Below, piece by piece: positions 19,810 to 29,129 of a stretch of 64,000 bases of DNA. Below the pieces are notes generated by a model that saw only the letters and a program-made list of their open reading frames with translations, was not told where the DNA came from and did not search any database. The DNA is from an uncultured Duncaniella sp. (lineage in GTDB: Bacteria; Bacteroidota; Bacteroidia; Bacteroidales; Muribaculaceae), in contig CAJUKP010000005.1 in assembly GCA_910587165.1 (NCBI GenBank), positions 5,050-69,049 of the forward strand. The letters are read 5' to 3'. Each line of letters opens with the position of its first letter. Position 1 is the first letter of the stretch. The position numbers and the translations under genes are program-made.

Positions 19810-21608
19810 TGTCTGTATCTTATCACTCCGTTGTCATCTATCAGCAACCCCTCTGTCGAACCGCGTGGGTAAACGGACGCGCACACAGAGAGGGAGCGGT
19901 CGAGAAGTGCGTTGAAAAATCTTTCAGCATCCTCACCGGTCATCACATCCCACAGATGCCTGGCCATATCAACTGTCCCGGCAGCCTTGACAGCCGCCTC
20001 AGAGCAGCCGGCCTCTGCAGCCAGCGATGCGAGAAATTCCCTGTCCATAGCCACCTTGTGGGAATGGGTGTCGAGATGCCCCGCCGCAAGCTTGACAGCC
20101 TTCCCTATCATCAGGCCCACTGTCACCTGCCGGATTCCGCATCTTGCGGCAGCGACCAGAGTCTCACCTATCGCGTTGCCGTAATGCACGAATGCCTGCG
20201 GAGGCAGATCCGGATAGACCGAGCGGACACTCCGCTCGCTTTTGGCCCCCGAATTCATCACAAGCCTGTCACATCCGGTAGCCACGGCCACCTCCACCTC
20301 CCTCGTCAGAGCCTCGACAAAGGCCTCGTGCGAGAACGGACGCACAACACCGGAGGTCCCTATGATCGAGATGCCGTCAACCACCCCAACACGGTTGTTG
20401 AATGTCTTCTCCCACAACTCCCTGCCTCCGGGTACTGAGATGGTTATATCCACTCCACCCTCAGGATAGAGTTGCCTCACTGCCTCGCTCATCATCCTGC
20501 GGGGCACCGGATTGATGGCAGGCCCTCCCGGCTCCACTCCCAGTCCGGGAAGCGTAACGGTGCCTACCCCTTCACCTCCATGGAATCGGATGTCACCCCC
20601 CGGTCTGTCGGAAAGTGTGACTTCCGCCACTATCACGGCTCCGTGGGTCACATCCGGGTCATCGCCTGCATCCTTCACCACCTGCGCCGTCGCATGGCCC
20701 GGGCAGCACCCGGTTATACAGGCCTCGAGCATCACTGTCTCACCACCCGGAAGCGTCACCCCGACCACACCGTCGAAATCCAGCCCGAGTGCGCCTGACA
20801 GCGCGGCCGTGACAGCCGCTGTCGCACACGTTCCGGTCGTCAGACCGCTTCTGAGCGGAAAAAAGTCGGGCACAAGACGTTCCACAGCCCTACGGAGAGT
20901 GATCTCACCCTCCACATTGACAAAACGGGCCGGCAACACCGGACGCTTCACGGCAAACACCTTCACCCCACGCTCGGTGGCGGCATCCACCTTGGCTTCG
21001 AAACCGCCGCTCTCCCCGCTCTCCTTGGTGATGATGGCATCAGGCCTCACCGCGTCGAGCAGTTCACCCTCATCATCATCACGGTGGTAATACACAATCT
21101 TACCGGCAGGAAATCCGGCTTCTGCAGCCTCGCGGCGCGACTCCTCGCGGTCGAGTATCCTGAACGTGCAGTCATGCTTCTCCCAGAACGGACGGAGCCG
21201 CGTGATCGTGCGCACACCGGTGAGCGCGAGCAGCTTTTCCACCCCCGCACCGGTCATTTTTGACATGGCATCTTCATAGCTGTCACACCACACCACTCCG
21301 CCGGAACGCTCCGGATAGCGGCGCTCGACACGCACCACCGGAATCCCGGTCTGCCGCGTGGCCGCATCAATGGTGGCATGGAGCCGCATGGCAAACGGAT
21401 GGGCCGCATCAATCACAAGTGTGACCACTTCCCGCTCTATAAGAGCCACAAGGGCGGCCTCATCCAATGCACCGGAGATCTGGACGGCATTGGGCGAGCC
21501 GAGGGTCCGGAGGCTGCCGAGGGTCGAATAGAGATATGGCTTACCGGCGCCGTCGAGCACTGCCGCGGCGAGCCTTCCCTCGGTGGTTCCTCCAAACACA
21601 AGTATCAT
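19806..21608 (-). CDS. cbiD: Fused cobalt-precorrin-6A reductase (CbiJ) / cobalt-precorrin-5B C1-methyltransferase (CbiD)
   Basis: N-part 'FGGTTEG', 'IDAAHPFA', 'TKESG'; C-part 'GLTTGTCATAA', 'KDAGDDPDVT', 'AINPVPR', 'GISIIGTSG'. Confidence 0.93.
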   Translation of the reverse strand: MILVFGGTTEGRLAAAVLDGAGKPYLYSTLGSLRTLGSPNAVQISGALDEAALVALIEREVVTLVIDAAHPFAMRLHATIDAATRQTGIPVVRVERRYPERSGGVVWCDSYEDAMSKMTGAGVEKLLALTGVRTITRLRPFWEKHDCTFRILDREESRREAAEAGFPAGKIVYYHRDDDEGELLDAVRPDAIITKESGESGGFEAKVDAATERGVKVFAVKRPVLPARFVNVEGEITLRRAVERLVPDFFPLRSGLTTGTCATAAVTAALSGALGLDFDGVVGVTLPGGETVMLEACITGCCPGHATAQVVKDAGDDPDVTHGAVIVAEVTLSDRPGGDIRFHGGEGVGTVTLPGLGVEPGGPAINPVPRRMMSEAVRQLYPEGGVDITISVPGGRELWEKTFNNRVGVVDGISIIGTSGVVRPFSHEAFVEALTREVEVAVATGCDRLVMNSGAKSERSVRSVYPDLPPQAFVHYGNAIGETLVAAARCGIRQVTVGLMIGKAVKLAAGHLDTHSHKVAMDREFLASLAAEAGCSEAAVKAAGTVDMARHLWDVMTGEDAERFFNALLDRSLSVCASVYPRGSTEGLLIDDNGVIRYRQ

Positions 21609-23368
21609 GGTCTGAAAAGATGCTTGAAATCCGCGCCATAGAGCTTCGAGAGCCCCTCGCGGTTATCTATCGCGTCACCCACCACAAGCAGCGTTGTGAG
21701 CGTCAGATTGTTGTCATGCACTATCTTGGCAAGGTCGCGTAGCTGTCCGCGGTAGATACGCTCATCTTTCCATGTGAGTTTGTAACAGGCGGCCACAGGG
21801 GTCTCGGGGGGATAAGCCTCGAGCAGCTGCGACTGAACGTCGTCAACCACACCCGCGCTCAGATAGATGCACATGGTGGATCTCGACTGCGCTAGCTTGC
21901 TCAGCTTCTCACGGTCAGGCATCGGAGTGCGTCCCTCCCCTCGGGTCAGGATGATGGTCTGCACCTTTTCAGGTATGGTGAACTGCGAGCGGAGCGCGGC
22001 TGCCGCGGCCTGGAACGACGAGATGCCGGGAGTGATGTGATATGACATCCCGTAGCGGTCGAAACAGGCCATCTGTTCCTGTATAGCTCCATAGATGCAC
22101 GGATCACCTGTGTGCAGACGCACCACAAGCTGTCCGCGGTCATAGAATTCCTTCATCAGCACGAACTGCTCTTCGAGTGTCATCGAGGCCGAGCTCCGCA
22201 CCATGCATCCCTCCTTGGCATAGAAGGTCAGCTCACGCGGCACGAGGCTTCCGGCATAGAGTATGAGATCCGCCTCCTGAAGAAATCTCTTGCCGCGCAC
22301 CGACACGAGCTCCGGATCGCCCGGACCGGCACCAACAATCTCAACATGGCCTTTACCGGGGGCGAATTCACGGTCCATCGCAACGGCAAAGGTGAATCCC
22401 TCCCCCTTCTGTTTCTCAAGCACCAGCGAGTCAGACGTGGCAGCGGCCATGGCGGCACTCTCGGCCACCCCCCACACTCCGGTCACCTCATGCACCTTCT
22501 CCGACGGGTTGGGCACTTCTATATCCTTGAGTTCCGCGGCTGTGAATATCCTTGTCTCCTCCGTGCCGAACCGTTCAGCCAGATCGGCCAGCAGAGGTTC
22601 ATCCTTTTTCAGTTCAATGGTGGCTATCCCTCTCACCGACAGCGGACTGATGTGGTGTTGCAGGAGCGATGCGGAGATCCGTTCATACACTCCGTCAGCC
22701 GGATAATCCTTCCTGCACCCCAGTCCGAGCTCAAGCACACGCGGACGGTAGTACAGCACCGGCAGCTCCGTGTCGTAGACAAACGGCGTGACGGCTATTA
22801 CGAGTTCCGTGTCCGCTCCTATACCGGATATGCCGTCGGATATCGTCACATGAGGAGGGAGCGTGCGTCTCAGATACTCTGTCCCGCGGTCCTTGATGTC
22901 AAGAACAAGGGCGGTTTTCTTCCCGTTTACGAAACTGAATATGATTTTGTTCATCTCCACCCGGCCGGCCTCGGCGATCCAGCCGAACTCCCGTCCGAGG
23001 GTGTCGAGAGCCCACAGACCTTCATTGTCGCTCCGTGTGGTGACGACGGGCGTGGCCCCGGTGATATGTGCCACTTGGGCGGCAAGCGCGTTGGCTCCGC
23101 CGATATGGCCTGACAGAACGGCGATGGCGAAACGGCCCGTGGAGTCGACACACACCACCGCCGGATCTGTATATTTATCCCTGATCAGATGGGCTATCGA
23201 ACGGACACATATTCCGAGCGCGCCCACAAACACTATGCTGTCACACCCCTGTGGAAGCGTGCGGTTCCACTCACGGAGCATCTTCACTTCCGCGTCACTG
23301 AGTTCTCCGGCTATCGCCGAGGCAACACTCTCTCCGGCAGCCGTCACATTGAGTATCAAGGTTTTCAT
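21605..23368 (-). CDS. cbiF: Fused CbiG (cobalt-precorrin-5A hydrolase) / CbiF (precorrin-4 C11-methyltransferase)
   Basis: N-part 'GICVR.IA...DK.TDPAVV', 'LSGHIGGAN', 'GLGCRK', 'GVAESAA'; C-part 'VGAGPGDPEL', 'YAGSLV', 'RLHTGDP'. Confidence 0.93.
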   Translation of the reverse strand: MKTLILNVTAAGESVASAIAGELSDAEVKMLREWNRTLPQGCDSIVFVGALGICVRSIAHLIRDKYTDPAVVCVDSTGRFAIAVLSGHIGGANALAAQVAHITGATPVVTTRSDNEGLWALDTLGREFGWIAEAGRVEMNKIIFSFVNGKKTALVLDIKDRGTEYLRRTLPPHVTISDGISGIGADTELVIAVTPFVYDTELPVLYYRPRVLELGLGCRKDYPADGVYERISASLLQHHISPLSVRGIATIELKKDEPLLADLAERFGTEETRIFTAAELKDIEVPNPSEKVHEVTGVWGVAESAAMAAATSDSLVLEKQKGEGFTFAVAMDREFAPGKGHVEIVGAGPGDPELVSVRGKRFLQEADLILYAGSLVPRELTFYAKEGCMVRSSASMTLEEQFVLMKEFYDRGQLVVRLHTGDPCIYGAIQEQMACFDRYGMSYHITPGISSFQAAAAALRSQFTIPEKVQTIILTRGEGRTPMPDREKLSKLAQSRSTMCIYLSAGVVDDVQSQLLEAYPPETPVAACYKLTWKDERIYRGQLRDLAKIVHDNNLTLTTLLVVGDAIDNREGLSKLYGADFKHLFRP

Positions 23369-24549
23369 AACGTTTTCATTATGGTGATGGGGTTATGGTT
23401 ATCTATTGTCATTGTATGGGTGGACGCTATCCGGCGGCCATGCTTCTCCACCTCCCTGCGGAAAGCGGCGCAACTCTCCGCCGAGACGGAATTGAACACC
23501 ACAGTCCCTCCGGGGCGTAGATACTTATAGATACGGTCGAGCATCTCTCCGAGTTTGCCGCCATGCCCGCCGATGAACACGGCGTCGGGGGCAGGATACT
23601 CCTCCAGAGGCAATGTGAGAAAATCGCCGGTGACAGCCGTGATGGAAGGTGCGCTGAAACGCCGTGAATTTATCTTCATCAGCTCCTCTCCCTCCGGCCT
23701 GATCTCAAATGAAGTGATGGCTATGGACGGATAGTGTCGTCTCACCTCTATCGACACAGAGCCTGTGCAGAAACCCACATCCCAGAACGATTTGCGCCCC
23801 TCGAGCGAGAGCATTGCCACCGTCAGAAGCCTCACCGGCATCTTGGTGATCATCTTTTCGCGGCCATCGAGATGGCAGAACTCACTCTCCGGCAGCCCGA
23901 ACGGCAGATTGCGGGGCTTACGGAGCCGGAGCACCACACAGTTGGGGACATCAAACTCCATCCCGGCGGCCTCGGCGGGGGTCATGGTTCTCACACGCTC
24001 ATTCCCGTCATTGCCGAGATTCTCACCTACGGTCATTTCATAATCGAAATTATACTCCATCAGCCGCCGCGCTATCATTGCGGGAGTCTTTGTCCGGTCG
24101 GTGAGCACACCTATGAGCGGCCTGTCCTCTATCAGCGCCGGGTCGAGATTGCTCCACGGACGCCCGGTCAGCGACACATTCACCATATCCTGATACGGCA
24201 GCAGCATACGGTGGGCGAGCATCTGCAGGGAATTGAACGAAGGATACACTCTGATCTCCGCATCCGGAAACTCCCGCTGCAGTGTGGCCGCATAGCCATA
24301 GAAGAGCGGATCGCCTGAGGCGAAGACCACAATCCCCGAACGGTCATCGTAGCGTCTGAACACATCAGCGAGAGGCACTGTGACATCAATCCACTCATAC
24401 CCCTCCGGGAGAAGATGCTCCATGATGCCCCGGTGGCGTCTCCCCCCTGAGAACACCTTGCCGCACCTTATCACACGCTCCGTCTCCGGAGTGAGACAGG
24501 GGGTGCCGCAGTCAGAGATCCCTATTATGTGAAACTTTGGCTCAGACAT
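23365..24549 (-). CDS. cbiE: Fused CbiE/CbiT precorrin-6Y C5,15-methyltransferase (decarboxylating)
   Basis: 'ASGDPLFYG', 'ITKMPVR', 'WDVGFCTGSVSIE', 'PDAVFIGG'. Confidence 0.92.
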   Translation of the reverse strand: MSEPKFHIIGISDCGTPCLTPETERVIRCGKVFSGGRRHRGIMEHLLPEGYEWIDVTVPLADVFRRYDDRSGIVVFASGDPLFYGYAATLQREFPDAEIRVYPSFNSLQMLAHRMLLPYQDMVNVSLTGRPWSNLDPALIEDRPLIGVLTDRTKTPAMIARRLMEYNFDYEMTVGENLGNDGNERVRTMTPAEAAGMEFDVPNCVVLRLRKPRNLPFGLPESEFCHLDGREKMITKMPVRLLTVAMLSLEGRKSFWDVGFCTGSVSIEVRRHYPSIAITSFEIRPEGEELMKINSRRFSAPSITAVTGDFLTLPLEEYPAPDAVFIGGHGGKLGEMLDRIYKYLRPGGTVVFNSVSAESCAAFRREVEKHGRRIASTHTMTIDNHNPITIMKTL

Positions 24550-25945
24550 CTCTTCCGGGTCTTAGCTGCTCCGCATCCGGGCGGCAGAGAATGGCGTTGG
24601 TGAGCGTGGCGGCAAGATTGCTTCCACCCTTGCGACCCTCAACTATGATCTTGGGTATTCCGTCGAACGGCTTGACCATGTGCTTGCTCTCGCACACATG
24701 GACAAACCCCACCGGGGCGGCCACTATACCGCATGGCCGGGCCTTGCCGTGACGTATGAGCGAACACAGTTCCATGAGAGCCGTGGGGGCGTTGCCGAAC
24801 ACATAGAGTGCGTCCGGATGCTCCGCGGCGGCACGTCTTATGGCAGCCTGTGTGCGGGTGATACCCAGACGGGCTGCCTCCTCGGCCACACCGGGCTCAT
24901 TGAGATAACATTTCACCTCTATGCCGAGACGGGCCAGGGCTCCCTTGCGTATTCCGGCGGCAGCCATTGTCACATCCGTGATGATGGTGCGGACACCACC
25001 CTCCGTAAGCGAGCGGTAAATGCGCCCGAGCGCATCATCATCGGCAAGGAGTATCTTCTCCATCTCGAAATCGGCGGTGGTGTGGATGGCATGGAGCAAA
25101 GCCCATTTGCGGTCGAGAGGGATATTCCTGTCGGAAAGCTCGCTCTCTATGGTGCGGAAGCTCTCCATCATGATGGCCTGCCCTTTGCCGACATCCTCTG
25201 AGTTCTCCTCGTCACGGTAATAGCCTCGGGGAGTGATGAAACGTCCATCCCATGTGTATGAGCGGGAATTGCCGATAAGCACGACGGTAAACATATCCAC
25301 CTTGTCGGGATCGAACTCCCCGAGGGTGGTCAGCACAGCCTCCTCGTCGGGACGGCCGGCCTGACGGACATATCCCACAGGGGTAGAGGCGTCACGCTCT
25401 TTCAGAAACAGTTCCTTGAGGCGGTGGAGCTGCCAGTAGCGTCCCACACTACGCGGATTGTAGACAGCGGTGACAAAATCCGCCCCGGCAGCCGCCGTGA
25501 TGCGCTTCTCGATCAGAGCCCACGGAGTCATGAGATCACTGAGCGAGATCACGCAGAAATCATGTCCGACAGGTGCGCCGAGCAGCGAGGCGGCTTTCTG
25601 GAACGCGCTGATTCCGGGTATAACCTCCACCTCGACATCCGAGCCGAGCTTCCGTTTCATCTCCAGGACGAGGGGAGCCATCCCGTAGATACCGGCATCG
25701 CCCGACGATATGACACACACATCCTTACCCTCCTCGGCCAGACCGAACGCGACCTCCACACGGGCCATCTCCTGCTTCATGCCGCTTCCTGCCTCTATGG
25801 CTCCCGGACGCAGCAGATGGCGCACGAAAGGAAGATAGTAATTGTAGCCCACGACGGCATCGCACTTCCCGAGAGCCTCGATGGCTCCAGAAGTCATGTC
25901 GGATATCGAGCCGGGACCTATGCCTATTATTGTTATCTTTTTCAT
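24542..25945 (-). CDS. cbiH: Fused CbiH (precorrin-3B C17-methyltransferase) / CbiC (precorrin-8X methylmutase)
   Basis: 'GIGPG', 'ISSGDAGIYGMA', 'HDFCVISLSDL', 'TPRGY'; C-part 'IHTTADFE', 'GNAPTAL', 'PVGFV', 'GRKGGS'. Confidence 0.93.
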   Translation of the reverse strand: MKKITIIGIGPGSISDMTSGAIEALGKCDAVVGYNYYLPFVRHLLRPGAIEAGSGMKQEMARVEVAFGLAEEGKDVCVISSGDAGIYGMAPLVLEMKRKLGSDVEVEVIPGISAFQKAASLLGAPVGHDFCVISLSDLMTPWALIEKRITAAAGADFVTAVYNPRSVGRYWQLHRLKELFLKERDASTPVGYVRQAGRPDEEAVLTTLGEFDPDKVDMFTVVLIGNSRSYTWDGRFITPRGYYRDEENSEDVGKGQAIMMESFRTIESELSDRNIPLDRKWALLHAIHTTADFEMEKILLADDDALGRIYRSLTEGGVRTIITDVTMAAAGIRKGALARLGIEVKCYLNEPGVAEEAARLGITRTQAAIRRAAAEHPDALYVFGNAPTALMELCSLIRHGKARPCGIVAAPVGFVHVCESKHMVKPFDGIPKIIVEGRKGGSNLAATLTNAILCRPDAEQLRPGRDV

Positions 25946-26928
25946 TCTATGAGGGATAAGAGTTCTTCTATCGTCAGGACTGTATGTCCTTTATATGTGT
26001 AACTGTCCGGTTTTACTTCAATCATTCCGGCAGCCCCCGCCTGATCGGTGGCACGGATGCCGCACCGGAAAAGGGCTTTCCTCACCATGTTCAGACGCGC
26101 ACCCTCACCGGTGACACCTATCTCCCTCTCAGGGCGGCTGTCGATTCTGAACAGGCCTGCATCGAGATCGAACACCACCCCCTCACGTTCGAAGAAGCGC
26201 CCCATCTCACCTGCAAGCGACAGATCCTCAGGGGTGCCGGTCACAACTCCTTTACTCTTGTCCACCAACCATATCCGGTCGGCTATCTGGAGCGAGAGTT
26301 CCAGATCGTGGGTGGACAGGAACACAGTCTTGCCCTCCCCGTGTGCCAGTGAGAGCAGCAGCTGCATGATCTCCACCTTGCTGGGATAGTCAAGAAAAGC
26401 GGTCGGTTCGTCGAGAAATATCACCGGAGTCTCCTGGGCGAGAGCCTTGGCTATCATCACTTTCTGCCGTTCGCCGTCGCTGAGGGTCGACACCATGCGG
26501 CCACGCATCCCCTCAACCCTCACAAGCTCCATCGAGCGGTTCACTATCCGGCGGTCTTCACCCGACAGGCGACCCCAGAAACCGGTATAGGGGCTGCGAC
26601 CAAGGCCGACAAGCTCCTCCACTGTCATGTTGTTGAGATGCAGCCTCTCAGTGAGCACCACACCTATCACCTTGGCAAGCTCGGCAGGGGTGTGGGCGGA
26701 GAGCCGCTTCCCCTCTATGAAAATCTCACCATCGAGCGGAGGAAGAAACCCCGACAGGGTGCGGAGAAGAGTCGACTTGCCCGCGCCGTTGGGACCAAGC
26801 AGACAGGTGAGCTCTCCCCCGTGGAGCGAGGCGGATAGCGAACCGGTCACTGCCACTTTGCTGCCGTTGCGCCCGGTGTAGCCGGTGGTGAGCCGTTCCA
26901 CCCGTATGGTCTCTTTCAGTGTCTTCAT
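25942..26928 (-). CDS. ABC transporter ATPase (BtuD/FecE family)
   Basis: Walker A 'GPNGAGKST', 'LSDGERQK', 'LDEPT', 'STHDL'. Confidence 0.92.
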   Translation of the reverse strand: MKTLKETIRVERLTTGYTGRNGSKVAVTGSLSASLHGGELTCLLGPNGAGKSTLLRTLSGFLPPLDGEIFIEGKRLSAHTPAELAKVIGVVLTERLHLNNMTVEELVGLGRSPYTGFWGRLSGEDRRIVNRSMELVRVEGMRGRMVSTLSDGERQKVMIAKALAQETPVIFLDEPTAFLDYPSKVEIMQLLLSLAHGEGKTVFLSTHDLELSLQIADRIWLVDKSKGVVTGTPEDLSLAGEMGRFFEREGVVFDLDAGLFRIDSRPEREIGVTGEGARLNMVRKALFRCGIRATDQAGAAGMIEVKPDSYTYKGHTVLTIEELLSLIE

Positions 26929-27959
26929 ATAGCTGCCTTCCGTTTGTTGAACAATACCCAGATCACCACCGGAGCACCGACAAGAGCCGTGACGGAATTG
27001 ACCGGAAGCGCCCCCTCGAAACCGGGCAGACGCGCTATGAGGTTACACACCAGGGCAAGCGAGGCCCCCGCGAGCAGCGAGGCCGGGAGAAGCACGGCAT
27101 GGTTGGATGTGCGGAATATGCCGCGGCACAGGTGGGGCACCGCAAGACCCAGAAAGACTATCGGGCCGCAATAGGCAGTCACGACGGCCACAAGCACACC
27201 GGCACAGGTGATCACCGTTATCCGGGCCCGTTTTATGTCAAGCCCAAGGTTGGAGGCGTAGGCATCCCCGAGCAGGAGCAGGTTGAGTGTCTTGATGAGC
27301 AGGAACGAGAGCGGCAGCAGACAGAGCATTATGACTATGAACACCGAGGTCTGCCCACCGGAGACACGCGCGAAGCTCCCGAGTCCCCATATCACGTAGG
27401 CGCGTATATCCTCCTCGGCGCTGAAAAATTTCAGCACACCGATGACAGCATTGGCTATGTAGCCCACCATCACTCCCATGATCAGAAGCGTGACATTGCC
27501 ACTCACCTTCTGTGCCACAAAAGCTATCAGAGCCATGACAAGGAGCGAGCCGACTATGGCCGCGAGTGTCACCGTCACCTCTCCCATCATGCCGAGACGG
27601 CTCAGGGCCACACCCCCGATGCTGCCTGACAGAAGCACCACGAAGGCCACCCCGAGACTCGCGCCCGAGCTGATGCCGAGCACCGACGGACCGGCAAGCG
27701 GGTTGCGGAACACTGTCTGCATGAGAAGTCCGCTCACAGCCAGACCGGCACCCGCCATTATGGCCGTGAGGCTCTGCGGCAGGCGTGATTTAAGCACTAT
27801 GGTGCGCCAGACAGGATTGCTGCCGTCACCGCCGGCCAATATCTCCACTACATCACCGGCAGGTATCATCACCGACCCGAGCAGCAGATTCAGCACGAGA
27901 AACAACGCTATCGACAATGCGAGCAGCGCCATCAGGACAGATGTGGTGCGCCCGGTCAT
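26925..27959 (-). CDS. ABC transporter permease (BtuC/FecCD family)
   Basis: 'RLP', 'MQTVFRNPLAGPSVLGISSGA', 'GPIVFLGLAVPH'; many TM segments. Confidence 0.92.
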   Translation of the reverse strand: MTGRTTSVLMALLALSIALFLVLNLLLGSVMIPAGDVVEILAGGDGSNPVWRTIVLKSRLPQSLTAIMAGAGLAVSGLLMQTVFRNPLAGPSVLGISSGASLGVAFVVLLSGSIGGVALSRLGMMGEVTVTLAAIVGSLLVMALIAFVAQKVSGNVTLLIMGVMVGYIANAVIGVLKFFSAEEDIRAYVIWGLGSFARVSGGQTSVFIVIMLCLLPLSFLLIKTLNLLLLGDAYASNLGLDIKRARITVITCAGVLVAVVTAYCGPIVFLGLAVPHLCRGIFRTSNHAVLLPASLLAGASLALVCNLIARLPGFEGALPVNSVTALVGAPVVIWVLFNKRKAAI

Positions 27960-29110
27960 TTCAACAGATGGTAATAGACGGGTTGATAATCGGGGAGAGC
28001 AGCGGGATGAAACACCTTGATGAGATCGGCAAGAACCACCTCAGGCTCCACCGGCATACTCTCGTAGAACGGCACCTCACGCATATTGCAATAGATCACG
28101 CCACGGTTTTTCCACGCGTCGAAATCCTTGTAGCGCGCGTCGCGGCCGCCGAGCACTTCATAATCGAAATCCCCCTCGAAACTGTTGACGATACGCCAGT
28201 AATCGGAATGTACGGCCTGGGAATAGACTGTCTCATAGTCGAGGGTCACACCTCCGCTCTCCGAGTTGTCCTTCAGGAAATAGTCGCCCCCGGCATCACG
28301 TATAAGCTGGGCCAGGAAGCTCTTGCCACCCACGGCATACCAGTTTCCGCCTCTCATCTCGCCGGTGAACACAGTGGGACGTGCCGCCACCGTGTCGGTT
28401 ATGGCCTTGAGCGCGTTATATTTCTTCTCGATGGCAGCGAAGGTCTCGGAAGCCTCCCGCTCATGTCCGGTGAGGAGACCAACCACCTTGATCCACTCGG
28501 CCTGTCCGAGCGGAGTCAGCTCCTTGTAGCCGAGGTGGGGCACCATGGGTGCATCCACCCCTTTCAGAGCCTCATAGCCACCGCGCTTGAACGGGGAAAT
28601 CAGTATTAGATCGGGCTGGAGAGCCATCACCACTTCCGGGTCAAAGTTACCTTCTATGCCTATGCGGCTCGTGGTGCCTTCCTCAAGCTGACGGCGCATT
28701 TGGGCATTGTGGAGATGGCGCGTGGATGTCACGCCTGCCACTTTTTCCGTGAGACCGAGCTTTATGAAATTGCTGAGCTGGAGAGATGTCATGCACACCA
28801 CCCTGTCCACCGGGACATCCACACGGGTATATCCGTCAGGGATACGGGCCGACGGCGTCCCGCGGTCAACGAGCGCTATGTTGAAACGATGTGTCTCCGC
28901 CCCCTCGGGATCGGAGATCTCAAGCAGTGTGACACCATCCCCTCCGGGAGTCACCTTGAATCCTTTGGCATATACGGGGGTCATGGCCGAAACTGCCGAT
29001 GAGTCGGCTCCGGCCACACGGGAGGCATCGGTCGCGCCGCCACCGCCCTTTCCGCAGGAAAGCAGCATCAGGAGCGCGAAACAGGCCGCAAGTCTGGTCA
29101 GTCTTATCAT
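27956..29110 (-). CDS. ABC transporter substrate-binding lipoprotein (BtuF-like)
   Basis: Lipobox LLSC, 'YAKGF', 'VPV.RVVCM', 'E.TPLGQAEWIK', 'P..VLADLI..FHP'; ATG at 29110. Confidence 0.88.
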   Translation of the reverse strand: MIRLTRLAACFALLMLLSCGKGGGGATDASRVAGADSSAVSAMTPVYAKGFKVTPGGDGVTLLEISDPEGAETHRFNIALVDRGTPSARIPDGYTRVDVPVDRVVCMTSLQLSNFIKLGLTEKVAGVTSTRHLHNAQMRRQLEEGTTSRIGIEGNFDPEVVMALQPDLILISPFKRGGYEALKGVDAPMVPHLGYKELTPLGQAEWIKVVGLLTGHEREASETFAAIEKKYNALKAITDTVAARPTVFTGEMRGGNWYAVGGKSFLAQLIRDAGGDYFLKDNSESGGVTLDYETVYSQAVHSDYWRIVNSFEGDFDYEVLGGRDARYKDFDAWKNRGVIYCNMREVPFYESMPVEPEVVLADLIKVFHPAALPDYQPVYYHLLK

Positions 29111-29116
29111 GATTTG

Positions 29117-29124
29117 CAAAATTA
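29117..29124 (-). promoter_or_regulatory. Possible internal sigmaA -7 element directly ahead of the btuF-like gene
   Basis: TAATTTTG on minus strand, 6 nt before the ATG; no clear -33 box. Confidence 0.4.
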
Positions 29125-29129
29125 CGTAA

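Noticed and set aside
19806..25945. cbiJD, cbiGF, cbiET and cbiHC gene fusions as a novelty
   Set aside because: These fusions are the usual arrangement in Bacteroidales B12 clusters.
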